A stretch of DNA of 59,458 bases, the filler included. It is 6 parts of 6 records of this genome, joined end to end, with 100 filler letters (N's around TTAATTAATTAA, not from the genome) between each part and the next. Parts side by side here need not be neighbours in the genome. Positions count along the whole stretch, not along the records: positions 45,012 to 51,520 come from SRR31156797_51815; positions 51,621 to 59,458 come from SRR31156797_51816; 4 more parts are not named here. One strand, written 5' to 3'. Position numbers and translations under genes: made by a program. Of this stretch, positions 47,333 to 57,153 are shown in pieces. Every line of letters starts with the position of its first letter. The first letter of the stretch is position 1. The notes under the pieces are model-generated. The model was not told where the DNA came from, did no database searches, and was given only the letters and a program-made list of their open reading frames with translations.

Positions 47333-50329
47333 ATGATCCCCTTGAATGTAAGATCCCACTATTCCCTCATGTGGGGCACTTCTTCCGTGGGTGAGCTGTG
47401 CGCAAAAGCCGGGCAGTTTGGCTATGAACGGCTTGCCCTGACGGACACGGACAACCTCTACGGCATGTGGCCGTTTATCAACGCCTGCAAAAAGGAGGGG
47501 ATAACGCCCGTGATCGGCGTTGAACTCACCGATCCCGTGAAGCCCCGCCGGGCGGTCTGCCTTGTGAAGGACGGCACCGGGTATGCCAACCTTTGCCGTC
47601 TCATCACCCGTCGCCACACCCAGCCGGAGTTTGACCTGACGGCCGACCTGCCCGGGCTTGCCCAGGGGCTTGTGGTGTTGACCAAGGATCCCGGTTCCCT
47701 GGAGGCGTGGTACGGCCAGGGGGTGGATGTTGCCGCCCACCTGCCACGGACGCCCCTGCACAAGGGCCATGATTTGTGCCGGGCGGCGGCAAGGTGCGGG
47801 GTGCCCGTGGTGGCCACGCCGGGAAGCTTTTTCCTGGAGGCCGGTCATTTCAAGCGCCACCTTATGCTCCGGGCCATTGGCCGGCGTACCTCCCTTTCCC
47901 GGCTGTCTCCCCTGGATGTGGGGCCGGAGAACGCCTTTCTGGCATCGCCTGCCGGGTATGGCCAACGGTTTGCCGTTGATCCCGCGGCCATCCGAAACAC
48001 CCGGATGATCGCGGAAAAACTGGCCTTTACCGGCCCCTGTTTTGGCACGGTCATGCCCCCCCTTGAAACCAACGGACCGGAGACGGCCCTGGAGCGGCTC
48101 ACACGGAAAACCCTTGAAGGGGCAGCGAAACGATACGGTGGTTCCCTTTCCGCCAAGGTGCGCCAACGCATTCGGTATGAGCTTGGCATCATTGCCGAGA
48201 AAAACTTTTGCGAATACTTCCTGGTGGTCCAGGAGATCGTGGGCATCAGTCCCAGGACATGTGGTCGGGGGTCGGGGGCCGCCTCCATCGTTGCCTACTG
48301 CCTGGGCATCACTAATGTGTGTCCCGTCAAGCACAACCTCTATTTCGAACGTTTCCTCAACCCGGGTAGAAAAGATGCCCCGGACATTGATATCGATTTT
48401 GCCTGGGACGAGCGGGACCATGTCATTGACACGGTGCTGGAACGGTTCCGGGGCCGCAGCGCCATGGTGTCAAGCCACATCCTGTTCCAGCCGAGGATGG
48501 CGGTACGGGAGGTGGCCCGGGTGTTCGGGCTTCCCGACCGGGAGATCGGAAGGGTGACAAAAGGGTTGCCCTGGTACTGGCGGACCGGGGAGGCGGGCCC
48601 GGATCTCCTTGCCAGCATCCGGGAGCGGCCGGAGTTCAGGGATGTGGATTTTCCGGAGCCCTGGCCTGAAATTTTGTCCCATGCCCGGGCCCTCACGGGA
48701 ACCCCCCGGCATCTTTCCGTGCATCCCGGCGGGGTGGTGATCACCCCCGGTCCCATTGATTCCTATGTGCCCCTCCAGACCGCACCCAAGGGCGTGCCCC
48801 TGATGCAGTGGGAAAAGGAGGGGACCGAACAGGCAGGCCTTGTGAAGATCGATCTTTTGGGCAACCGGAGCCTTGGGGTGGTCCGGGACGCCGTTACCGC
48901 CATTGAAGTGGGCACGGGCGGGTTTCACGGGTTTGACAGGGATCCGGAGGATGACGAAGCCACCCGGGAGACCGTGGCCCGGGGCGACACCATGGGATGT
49001 TTCTACATTGAGAGCCCAGCCATGCGGTTGTTGCAGAAACGGGCGGGAAAAGGGGATTTCCACCATGTGGTGATCCATTCTTCCATTATCCGGCCGGCTG
49101 CCAACGAGTTCATACGGGACTATGTGAAGCGGCTCCGCACCCGGACGTGGGAGCCCATCCACCCCTTGCTGGCAGATGTCCTGGACGACACCTACGGCAT
49201 CATGGTGTACCAGGAGGATGTCTCCAGGGTGGCCGTGGCCATGGCCGGCTTTTCCCACACCGAGGCCGACGCCCTGAGAAAGATTCTCTCCAAAAAGGAG
49301 AAGGAGCAGGTGCTCAACGATTATCGCCTCAAGTTTGAACAGGGGGCTGGGGACCGGGGCGTGTGTCAGGCGGATGTGGCAAAGGTGTGGGAGATGATCA
49401 CAAGCTTCAGCGGGTACTCGTTCTGCAAGCCCCACAGTGCTTCCTATGCCCGGGTCTCCTTCCAGGCGGCCTATCTCAAGACCCACCATCCCGCGGAGTT
49501 CATGGCCGCCGTGATCTCTAACCAGGGCGGATTCTATTCCACCTTTGCCTATGTGTCCGAGGCAAAACGGCTGGGGGTGGCGGTGGTTGCCCCCCATGTC
49601 AACCACAGTGACATTGCCTGGACAGGACGGCGCCGGTCCCTGCGGGTGGGGTTCATGGCCGTGAAGGAGCTGGGTTTCAATATCATGGAAACCATTGTCC
49701 GGGAGCGGCAGCGAAAAAGATTCACCACCATGGCGGATTTTCTGAATAGGGTGGGGCCCAGGGAGAACGAGGCAAGGGCGCTGATCCTGGCCGGTGCCCT
49801 GGACGGTATCGAAGGCGGCGTAGCCCGCTCTTCTTTGCTGTGGGAGGTGGCCTGTTATCAGCGGAGCCGTGAAAAAAAACGTCAGTACAGCCTGTTCGGG
49901 GAGACGGCCCCGGCGGCAAAGCGGCCCGATCTTCCCCCGGACGATCCCCTTACCCTGTTGCGGCAGGAGTATTCAGTCCTCGGTTTTCTCTGCAACTGCC
50001 ATCCCATGGTTCTGTTCGAGCAGGTTTTAAAGGGGGTGAATACGGTCAAGGCCGTGGCCCTCGACCAATTTGTCAACCGGCGGATCACCGTCGCCGGGTG
50101 GCTGATCACCGGCAAGGTGGTCAGGACAAAGCACGGGGAGCCCATGGAGTTTCTCACCTTTGAGGATGAGACCGCCACCATGGAAACCACCTTTTTTCCC
50201 AGGGTCTACGACCGGTTCTGCTATCTTCTGGATTATGGGCGCCCCTATCTGCTCTCGGGAATCGTCCAGAACGATTTGGGGGCGGTGACCCTGTCGGTGG
50301 AGCATGTCAGGAAGCTGTCCCCGGTGTGA
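47333..50329 (+). CDS. dnaE2: Error-prone DNA polymerase III alpha subunit (DnaE2-like)
   Basis: Degenerate PHP domain (NVRSHYS, LALTD), GRGSGAAS, FERFLN, PDIDIDF catalytic Asps, HPGG, KIDLLG, YSFCKPH, OB fold; 998 aa. Confidence 0.9.
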   Translation: MIPLNVRSHYSLMWGTSSVGELCAKAGQFGYERLALTDTDNLYGMWPFINACKKEGITPVIGVELTDPVKPRRAVCLVKDGTGYANLCRLITRRHTQPEFDLTADLPGLAQGLVVLTKDPGSLEAWYGQGVDVAAHLPRTPLHKGHDLCRAAARCGVPVVATPGSFFLEAGHFKRHLMLRAIGRRTSLSRLSPLDVGPENAFLASPAGYGQRFAVDPAAIRNTRMIAEKLAFTGPCFGTVMPPLETNGPETALERLTRKTLEGAAKRYGGSLSAKVRQRIRYELGIIAEKNFCEYFLVVQEIVGISPRTCGRGSGAASIVAYCLGITNVCPVKHNLYFERFLNPGRKDAPDIDIDFAWDERDHVIDTVLERFRGRSAMVSSHILFQPRMAVREVARVFGLPDREIGRVTKGLPWYWRTGEAGPDLLASIRERPEFRDVDFPEPWPEILSHARALTGTPRHLSVHPGGVVITPGPIDSYVPLQTAPKGVPLMQWEKEGTEQAGLVKIDLLGNRSLGVVRDAVTAIEVGTGGFHGFDRDPEDDEATRETVARGDTMGCFYIESPAMRLLQKRAGKGDFHHVVIHSSIIRPAANEFIRDYVKRLRTRTWEPIHPLLADVLDDTYGIMVYQEDVSRVAVAMAGFSHTEADALRKILSKKEKEQVLNDYRLKFEQGAGDRGVCQADVAKVWEMITSFSGYSFCKPHSASYARVSFQAAYLKTHHPAEFMAAVISNQGGFYSTFAYVSEAKRLGVAVVAPHVNHSDIAWTGRRRSLRVGFMAVKELGFNIMETIVRERQRKRFTTMADFLNRVGPRENEARALILAGALDGIEGGVARSSLLWEVACYQRSREKKRQYSLFGETAPAAKRPDLPPDDPLTLLRQEYSVLGFLCNCHPMVLFEQVLKGVNTVKAVALDQFVNRRITVAGWLITGKVVRTKHGEPMEFLTFEDETATMETTFFPRVYDRFCYLLDYGRPYLLSGIVQNDLGAVTLSVEHVRKLSPV

Positions 50330-50331
50330 CT

Positions 50332-50358
50332 GTTCCCGGCCGTGAAAAGCCGGGAACG
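50332..50358. terminator. Stem-loop between the convergent dnaE2 and ABC genes
   Basis: GTTCCCGGC-CGTGAAAA-GCCGGGAAC; weak U-tract. Confidence 0.45.
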
Positions 50359-50372
50359 CTTACAAGGGAAAT

Positions 50373-51368
50373 TTAAAGGGATTTTCCTTCAGGGTACAGG
50401 GCTGTTTCGACATGGACGGGCTTTGATATCAGGCCCTGTTCCAGCATGATGGCTTCGGTCTGTTTCCAGCCCTGGACATCGATGGTGCCAACCTTTGTAC
50501 TGGTTTCGGGAAGAACCAGGTTGCGGGTGGCGTCAAGCTGCTTCTGCCGGAGATCCTCCGGGGTGTCCCGGTTGTATTTCCGGAGCACGGCCAGGGCTTT
50601 TACCCGGTTTCCCGGCTTGAGCGAGGCTTCCCAGCCCGAGAGAAGGGCTTTGGCAAAGGCCTGGACCAATTGGGGGTTGCGTTCCAGGGTCTTTTGCGAT
50701 GTGACAACCGAATTGGCCACAAAGGTGATGCCATGGTCGGCAGGATTGAAGAAGCGCACCGTTTCTCCCTCCCGGCCCAGTTTATCGGCCAGCATGATTC
50801 CCTGGGCATTCCTGTAACAGGGCCAGATATCCACCCGGTCCTGGTAAAAGGGGGTGTAGTCGTAGCGGACGCTGAACAGGGTGACATCTTTTTCCGTAAG
50901 GCCGGCCTGGGCCAGCAGGGTGCGCATGATGGTCTCGTCATTGCCCCCGAAGGTGACCCCCAGGATGCGGCCCTTGAGGTCGGACGGGGTGTTGATCACG
51001 GGCTTTACCCCCCGGTAGATCCACTGGAGGGGATTGACCTGGAAGAGCTGGGCAATGACCACCACCGGGGCGCCCTTTGCCCGGGCCCGGATCACCTGGT
51101 CGGCGGAGGCCACGCCGAATGTCGCATGTCCCAGTTCCAGCTCACGGATGGCGTCCCGTTCGGGGCCGCCCGCCTTGACGTTGACATCGAGGCCCGCCCG
51201 TTTGAAAAAACCGAAGTCCTGGGCGTAGAGGTCTCCCACCACGCTGGTGTTGAACAGCCACTTGAGCCGGTAGTTGAGGGTCTCGCCGCAGTCGGCTGTC
51301 TGCCAGGTCAGGGAGACAAGGAGCAGGGCGGCAATGAGAATGGGTGCAAGTCGGTTAGAGTTCTTCAT
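50373..51368 (-). CDS. ABC transporter substrate-binding protein, NMT1/THI5 family
   Basis: Signal peptide (start ATG 51368), RLKW, GFFKRAGLDVNVKAGG, G.PVV.IA..FQ..P, DLKGR.LG. Confidence 0.85.
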   Translation of the reverse strand: MKNSNRLAPILIAALLLVSLTWQTADCGETLNYRLKWLFNTSVVGDLYAQDFGFFKRAGLDVNVKAGGPERDAIRELELGHATFGVASADQVIRARAKGAPVVVIAQLFQVNPLQWIYRGVKPVINTPSDLKGRILGVTFGGNDETIMRTLLAQAGLTEKDVTLFSVRYDYTPFYQDRVDIWPCYRNAQGIMLADKLGREGETVRFFNPADHGITFVANSVVTSQKTLERNPQLVQAFAKALLSGWEASLKPGNRVKALAVLRKYNRDTPEDLRQKQLDATRNLVLPETSTKVGTIDVQGWKQTEAIMLEQGLISKPVHVETALYPEGKSL

Positions 51369-51519
51369 TTTCGACTCCTTTGGGAAGGATCCAGCCGGAG
51401 GTGACGCGCTTGCCCACACCTTCGAGGATCTCCTGGTAGATGGACAAAAATAGTCCGATGAGAAACAGGGCCGTGAGAATCCTTGACAGATCGCTCTGGT
51501 AGAGGGCGATGCGGATGCT
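51355..51519 (-). CDS. ABC permease C-terminal fragment (SsuC/NitT-like; truncated by gap)
   Basis: Manual translation SIRIALYQSDLSRILTALFLIGLFLSIYQEILEGVG...; overlaps the binding-protein start. Confidence 0.55.
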   Translation of the reverse strand, partial: SIRIALYQSDLSRILTALFLIGLFLSIYQEILEGVGKRVTSGWILPKGVENEEL

Positions 51520-51520
51520 G

Positions 51521-51620
51521 NNNNNNNNNNNNNNNNNNNNNNNNNNNNNNNNNNNNNNNNNNNNTTAATTAATTAANNNNNNNNNNNNNNNNNNNNNNNN
51601 NNNNNNNNNNNNNNNNNNNN
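51521..51620. other. Artificial contig spacer 5
   Basis: N44-TTAATTAATTAA-N44. Confidence 0.98.
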
Positions 51621-51707
51621 TTTTTGTGTCCTTTTATAAAATTACAGGACATTCACGTCCTGTGAGTCACTCGCAATCGAATCAAGCTTTGTTTCTTAAG
51701 GAGTATA

Positions 51708-52262
51708 TCATTTTACGCCTGCGCCCTTTGCCCGGCCAAGTTCAATTCCAGCTTCCAGGGCGACCTGGTTCATCTCCAGAAAGTCCCGGGGAATACGGTC
51801 GGCCAATACTTTTTCAATCGATTCCTTGCTAACCAGGTCCAAGAGGCTGATCAGCGAACCAAGCATGCAGATATTGAAGACCACGGGTTTGCCGATTTTT
51901 TCCATAACAGCGTCGTACATGGGCAGTTCAAAACGTCGGGCGTCCATTTCCTTGTGCGTCTCCACAAAGTGGCTGTCCGTCACCAACAGGCCGCCCGGTC
52001 GCAGAATGGAATAATACTTGTTAAACGCGGCCTGGGTCAGGCAGACCAGGGTATTGGGCTGAATAACCCGTGGGAAGTTAATGTCCGATTCGGAAATTAT
52101 CACGTCCGCCCGGGTTGCTCCCCCCCTGGCTTCCGGGCCGTAAGACTGGGACTGTATTGCATTGAGGTCCTCATATAAAACAGCCGCTTCCGCCAGTATT
52201 ATGGACGCCGTGATCACTCCCTGTCCGCCCGATCCCGAAAAGACTATTCTGTTTCGTTCCAT
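51708..52262 (-). CDS. korC: 2-oxoglutarate/2-oxoacid:ferredoxin oxidoreductase gamma subunit
   Basis: SGSGGQGV, QSYGPEARGG, FNICMLG. Confidence 0.9.
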   Translation of the reverse strand: MERNRIVFSGSGGQGVITASIILAEAAVLYEDLNAIQSQSYGPEARGGATRADVIISESDINFPRVIQPNTLVCLTQAAFNKYYSILRPGGLLVTDSHFVETHKEMDARRFELPMYDAVMEKIGKPVVFNICMLGSLISLLDLVSKESIEKVLADRIPRDFLEMNQVALEAGIELGRAKGAGVK

Positions 52263-52264
52263 GA

Positions 52265-53068
52265 TCAGCGCCCCTTTTGAGCCTTTTCAATAACAAGGTC
52301 GTATTCCTCGCAATATTCCGGCTTTTCCTTTTGCACCAAAACGCCCCGTGGAATAAGATCCGGATTTTCTTCAAGCGCCCGCGATCCGACCGGCGCGGTG
52401 ATATCCTTGAAATTGTTGAGCATGTCCACGGCGTCGCCCGCCTTGTTTTTTCTACCGAAATAAGTCGGACACTGGCTGAATACTTCCACCACCGAGAAGC
52501 CTTTATGCCTGATCGCCTTTTCAATCAGGTCGGCTATTTGCTGGGCATGATAGGTCGTGGTTCGGGCTACGAAAGTCGCGCCCGCGGCCGCGGCCAAATC
52601 CACGACCTGAAAACTTGATTCTATGTTCCCGTAAGGCGCCGTGGTCGCGCCGGTCCCATAACCGGACAGGGGAGAATACTGGCCCCCGGTCATGCCGTAT
52701 ATCCTGTTGTTCATCACCAGGGCGGTAATGTCAATATTGCGGCGGGCCGCGTGGATAAAGTGGTTTCCGCCGATAGAAAGCGAATCCCCATCCCCCATGG
52801 GCGCCAGAAGGGTCAGTTCCGGCCGGCTGAGCTTCACGCCGGTGGCGAAAGCAAGGGCCCTGCCATGGATGGTATGCAGGGTGTGAAAATCGAGGTACCC
52901 GGAAATGCGGGATGAACAACCTATGCCGGAAACCATGACGATGTTGTTCTGATTCAACCCCATGTTTTCCACGGCCCGCAACAGCCCGTTGAGCACGGTG
53001 CCGTGACCGCAGCCCGGACACCAGATGTGCGGAAAAAATCTTTTTCTCAGGTATTTTTTCAGGGTCAT
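52265..53068 (-). CDS. korB: 2-oxoglutarate/2-oxoacid:ferredoxin oxidoreductase beta subunit
   Basis: WCPGCG, SGIGCS, HGRA, GDGD...IGGNH TPP motif, YGMTGGQ. Confidence 0.92.
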   Translation of the reverse strand: MTLKKYLRKRFFPHIWCPGCGHGTVLNGLLRAVENMGLNQNNIVMVSGIGCSSRISGYLDFHTLHTIHGRALAFATGVKLSRPELTLLAPMGDGDSLSIGGNHFIHAARRNIDITALVMNNRIYGMTGGQYSPLSGYGTGATTAPYGNIESSFQVVDLAAAAGATFVARTTTYHAQQIADLIEKAIRHKGFSVVEVFSQCPTYFGRKNKAGDAVDMLNNFKDITAPVGSRALEENPDLIPRGVLVQKEKPEYCEEYDLVIEKAQKGR

Positions 53069-53072
53069 GTTC

Positions 53073-54221
53073 CTACACCCCCTGCCCTTGGATCAGTCTC
53101 AGGATTCTGCGAATATCCGTGTGCGTGATAAATGCGCCGTCAATGCGGTTGGCCAGAAAAACGCGCTCGGGAGCGTCAACCGCTTCCCTGACCGACTTGA
53201 GCACCTGGCCGATATTCATTTCCACGACAACTATGTACTTGGCATTCCGGCATTTTTCTCGAACAATCTGGGCCGGAAACGGCCAGAGGGTCTGCAGCTC
53301 CAACAAACCCAGCAGTTCCCCGCGCCTACGCCGGTTTTCCACCAGGTGCCGCGCGCTGCGCGCCGGCGCTCCATAAGATAAAAGGATGCACTCGGCATCC
53401 TCAAGGTACAACTCCTTGTAACGCGCGATGCGGTTGACATTATTCTCGATCTTGTCAACCAAATGTCTTAACAGGTCGTGAACCACATTCGGGGACTCGG
53501 AAGGAAATCCCCACATGTCGTGATATAAACCGGTCACGTTGTAGCGGTGGACGCCCCCGAAATCGCTCATGGGCAGCCGGCCGTCCTCTCGCGGCAGGTA
53601 TGGATGATAATCCACTCCTTCGGGCACCGACGTCCACAACCGCTCTATCAGGGGGATTTCATCCTTTTCAGGAAGATAGAGCCGCTCCCGGGTGTGGCCG
53701 ACAACTTCATCCAACAGCAAAATTACCGGCGTTCGGTACATCTCGGAAAAATTGAATGCTTCCACGGTTATTTCAAAAACGTCCTGCGCGTTGGATGCCG
53801 TCAAGGCGATAATCGAATGGTCGCCATGGGTGCCGTACCGGGCCTGCATAACATCGCCTTGTGCGGCGTGGGTCGGCAGGCCGGTTGAAGGCCCGCCTCG
53901 CTGGACGTTAACTATAACGCATGGTATCTCGGTCATAACCGCATAACCAAGGGCTTCCTGCATAAGGGAAAATCCAGGGCCGCTCGTAGCGGTCATGGAT
54001 TTGCCGCCTGCCAGGGAAGCTCCGACTATGGCGCACATTGAGGCAATTTCATCTTCCATTTGGATGAATTTGCCGCCTTTTTGAGGCAGACGCACCGAAA
54101 GATGCTCTGCAATCTCGGTTGAAGGCGTAATAGGGTACCCGGCGAAAAAATTAACGCCCGCATACATGGCCCCTTCGACGCAGGCCTCGTTGCCCTGGAT
54201 GAATTTCTTGATTTTACCCAT
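53073..54221 (-). CDS. korA: 2-oxoglutarate/2-oxoacid:ferredoxin oxidoreductase alpha subunit
   Basis: GNEA, GYPITPSTE, QMEDE, TSGPGFSLM, QRGGPSTG, VEMN.GQ; start ATG 54221. Confidence 0.92.
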   Translation of the reverse strand: MGKIKKFIQGNEACVEGAMYAGVNFFAGYPITPSTEIAEHLSVRLPQKGGKFIQMEDEIASMCAIVGASLAGGKSMTATSGPGFSLMQEALGYAVMTEIPCVIVNVQRGGPSTGLPTHAAQGDVMQARYGTHGDHSIIALTASNAQDVFEITVEAFNFSEMYRTPVILLLDEVVGHTRERLYLPEKDEIPLIERLWTSVPEGVDYHPYLPREDGRLPMSDFGGVHRYNVTGLYHDMWGFPSESPNVVHDLLRHLVDKIENNVNRIARYKELYLEDAECILLSYGAPARSARHLVENRRRRGELLGLLELQTLWPFPAQIVREKCRNAKYIVVVEMNIGQVLKSVREAVDAPERVFLANRIDGAFITHTDIRRILRLIQGQGV

Positions 54222-54223
54222 AA

Positions 54224-54433
54224 TCAATCCTTCCCGGAATGAACCTCGACAGCCAGGTCCGGGCATCTGAATTCGCATAGGCGACAGACTATACAGTCCT
54301 CTGGACGAACAGCCTCGGCTTTTTCATGTTCGTCCAATTCAAGAACCTTTTTCGGACAAAGCGCCACGCATATGCCGCAGCCCTTGCACCATTCCTTGTC
54401 GATTACGTGTTCTTCGTACTTTTTCCCGGCCAT
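54224..54433 (-). CDS. korD: 2x[4Fe-4S] ferredoxin, oxidoreductase delta subunit
   Basis: CKGCGICVALCP and CIVCRLCEFRCP. Confidence 0.92.
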   Translation of the reverse strand: MAGKKYEEHVIDKEWCKGCGICVALCPKKVLELDEHEKAEAVRPEDCIVCRLCEFRCPDLAVEVHSGKD

Positions 54434-54479
54434 ACCGCTCCTTTACGGAAAGAGTCGAATGTCGACCAGCCCGATCAGG

Positions 54480-57146
54480 TTATGCGCCCGAAGCCATTTT
54501 TCGCAAAACATACGGCATTATACCGCCCTGTCTGTAATAATCGACTTCTATCGCCGTATTCAGCCTTGCCTCCGCCTTGAACCCGACTTCAGAACCGTCT
54601 GCTTTAACCGCTGTAACCTCAAGCTCCGCCCGCGGGCTGACATTATCAACGCCCTTAATGGTATAGGACTCCGTTCCGTCCAAACCAAGGCTTTCAAAAT
54701 CCTGTCCCTTTTTGAATTGTAAAGGCAGAACCCCCATTCCGACAAGGTTGCTTCGGTGAATTCTTTCAAACGACCTGGCAATGACCGCTTTCACGCCCAA
54801 AAGCGACGTCCCCTTGGCCGCCCAGTCCCTTGAAGAACCGGCCCCGTATTCATTGCCTCCCATAACTATCAGGGGAGTTTTACTCTCCTGGTAAGCCATG
54901 GCCGCTTCATAAACGTACATTTCCACTTCCTCGGGAAACTTGCATGTAAAGCCGCCTTCCCGGCAGCCTTCAAGAAGATTCTTCAGTCTTATATTGCCGA
55001 ATGTCCCTCGCATCATGACTTCGTGATTGCCCCGGCGGGCGCCGTAAGAATTGAACTCGTCGGGCGTTACCGACTTACCCATCAAGTATTCCCCGGCCGG
55101 GCATTCTTTTGAAATGGCCCCTGCCGGCGATATATGGTCCGTGGTGATGGAATCGCCGACAACAACCAATACCCTTGCGCCTTCTATGTCGGACGGGGCT
55201 GTTACATCCATGCTGAAATTGTCGAAGTAAGGAGGATTCTTGATATAGGTGGAATCGGGGTCCCAGGAATAAACCAGGCTCCTTACATCAGGAAGCCCTC
55301 GCCAATACTGGTCTCCTTCATACAATCGCCCATATTCCTCCTCAAAAAATGATCGTTTCACATGCCCGGTTACCAGGCCGGCAATGTCGTCGTCCGACGG
55401 CCAAATGTCGGCCAGATAAACCGGCGATCCGTTCGGATCGATTCCCACGGGTTCGGAGTTCAGATCCACGTCCACCCGCCCGGCCAGGGCGTAGGCGACC
55501 ACCAGCATTGGAGACGCCAAAAAATTGGAGCGGATCTTGGGATGAATTCTGGCTTCGAAATTACGGTTGCCGGAAAGTACGGCTGCTGTATTCAGATTGT
55601 TTTCATCGATGGCCTTTTCCACTGCCGGATGCAAAGGACCGCTGTTGCCGATGCAGGTCATGCATCCGAATCCGGCGGTATGGAATCCCAGTGCTTCCAG
55701 GTACGGCATCAAACCCGCTTCCTGAAGATAACGGAATACAACTCTGGATCCGGGGGCCAGGATTGTCTTGACGTAAGGCGGAGGCCGCAGTCCGGATTTA
55801 ACGGCATTTTTCGCCAGCAAGCCGGCGCCCATCAACACGGTTGGATTGGATGTATTTGTACATGAAGTTATGGACGCGATCACAACCGATCCATCGGTCA
55901 AGTTTGTCGGCGTTCCGTTCAAATCCAGTTCCACGGGCTCCCTTTTTTCTATTTTACACTCCTTTTTTATTTCAGCGAACTTATCCTTCAGCTTGGGAAC
56001 AGGAATGCGGTCTTTCGGCCGGGACGGTCCGGCCAGCGACGGTTCGGCCCTGGAAAGGTCGAATTCAATCACATCCGTGTACACGGGGCTTTCGGAACCG
56101 CTGTAAAAAAGGCTGTTGGCCCGGCAATATACTTCCGTAAGTTCAGCGGCGCGGTCGCGTCCTGTTTCCCTGAGATATTCAATCGTTTTTTCGTCAACCG
56201 GAAACAGACCCAAGGTAGCGCCGTACTCTGGGGCCATGTTGGCTATTGTGGCGCGGTCAGGCAGAGACAGGCCTTGTACGCCCGGCCCTGTGAATTCCAC
56301 GAATTTTTCCACCACGTTATACTGGCGGAGCATTTCCGTAATGCAGAGAACCAGGTCTGTTGCGGTCACGCCCGGAGCGAGGGCGCCGGTCAACCTGACG
56401 CCTATTACTTCAGGCAGAGCCATGTAATACGGCTGCCCGAGCATCACGGCTTCCGCTTCAATGCCGCCGACTCCCCAGCCCATGACTCCCAGGCCGTTGA
56501 TCATGGTCGTATGGGAGTCCAGGCCGACAAAAGTTTCAGGGAAAGCAGTTATTACGCCGTTGTCGCTTTGGGTCATCACCACACCGGACAGGTGTTCGAA
56601 ATTTACCTGATGACATATGCCGGATCCAGGCGGTGCAACCCTTAACATGTTGAAATTATTTTGAGCCCACTTCAACAGCGCATATCGTTCGCTGTTGCGC
56701 TCATATTCTTTTTCAACATTTAAAGCCGCGGCCCCGGCGCACCCGTAATAGTCGGATTGAACCGAATGATCAATGACCAGGTCCACCGGTACAAGCGGGT
56801 TCACAGCACCGGGGTCGCGCCCAAGAAAGACCATTGCTTCGCGCATGGCCGCAAGGTCCACCACGGCCGGCACCCCGGTGAAATCCTGCATCAATACCCG
56901 GGACGGGTGGTACGGGATTTCCACTAATGCCTCATTTGTCTCACTCCACCTGGCCGCATTCACCAGATCAACTTCTGTCACGACGCGCCCGTCAAACTTG
57001 CGCAAAAGATTTTCAACCAATATGCGAATGGAAAAAGGCAGCCGATCAATATCCGCCAAACCCGACTCTTCCAAAAGGCCGATGCGGTGAATCAGGAACT
57101 CCTCTTCCCCAACTTTCAACTTTTCTATAAACTGTTTTCCGTCCAT
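54480..57146 (-). CDS. acnA: Aconitate hydratase A
   Basis: QDFTGVP, IDHSVQ, DSHT, SCTNTSN and CMTCIGNSG Fe-S ligands, TTDHISPAG, GSSRDWAAKG. Confidence 0.95.
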   Translation of the reverse strand: MDGKQFIEKLKVGEEEFLIHRIGLLEESGLADIDRLPFSIRILVENLLRKFDGRVVTEVDLVNAARWSETNEALVEIPYHPSRVLMQDFTGVPAVVDLAAMREAMVFLGRDPGAVNPLVPVDLVIDHSVQSDYYGCAGAAALNVEKEYERNSERYALLKWAQNNFNMLRVAPPGSGICHQVNFEHLSGVVMTQSDNGVITAFPETFVGLDSHTTMINGLGVMGWGVGGIEAEAVMLGQPYYMALPEVIGVRLTGALAPGVTATDLVLCITEMLRQYNVVEKFVEFTGPGVQGLSLPDRATIANMAPEYGATLGLFPVDEKTIEYLRETGRDRAAELTEVYCRANSLFYSGSESPVYTDVIEFDLSRAEPSLAGPSRPKDRIPVPKLKDKFAEIKKECKIEKREPVELDLNGTPTNLTDGSVVIASITSCTNTSNPTVLMGAGLLAKNAVKSGLRPPPYVKTILAPGSRVVFRYLQEAGLMPYLEALGFHTAGFGCMTCIGNSGPLHPAVEKAIDENNLNTAAVLSGNRNFEARIHPKIRSNFLASPMLVVAYALAGRVDVDLNSEPVGIDPNGSPVYLADIWPSDDDIAGLVTGHVKRSFFEEEYGRLYEGDQYWRGLPDVRSLVYSWDPDSTYIKNPPYFDNFSMDVTAPSDIEGARVLVVVGDSITTDHISPAGAISKECPAGEYLMGKSVTPDEFNSYGARRGNHEVMMRGTFGNIRLKNLLEGCREGGFTCKFPEEVEMYVYEAAMAYQESKTPLIVMGGNEYGAGSSRDWAAKGTSLLGVKAVIARSFERIHRSNLVGMGVLPLQFKKGQDFESLGLDGTESYTIKGVDNVSPRAELEVTAVKADGSEVGFKAEARLNTAIEVDYYRQGGIMPYVLRKMASGA

Positions 57147-57153
57147 ATTCCTT

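Noticed and set aside
48470-49606. 378-aa minus-strand ORF (also 47306-48421, 46397-47281 and 50670-51404)
   Set aside because: Antisense shadows of dnaE2, PolY and the ABC gene in GC-rich DNA; no recognisable motifs.
25642-51620. Five identical N44-TTAATTAATTAA-N44 blocks that look like a repeat family
   Set aside because: Artificial contig linkers with six-frame stops; not biological. No synteny was inferred across them.
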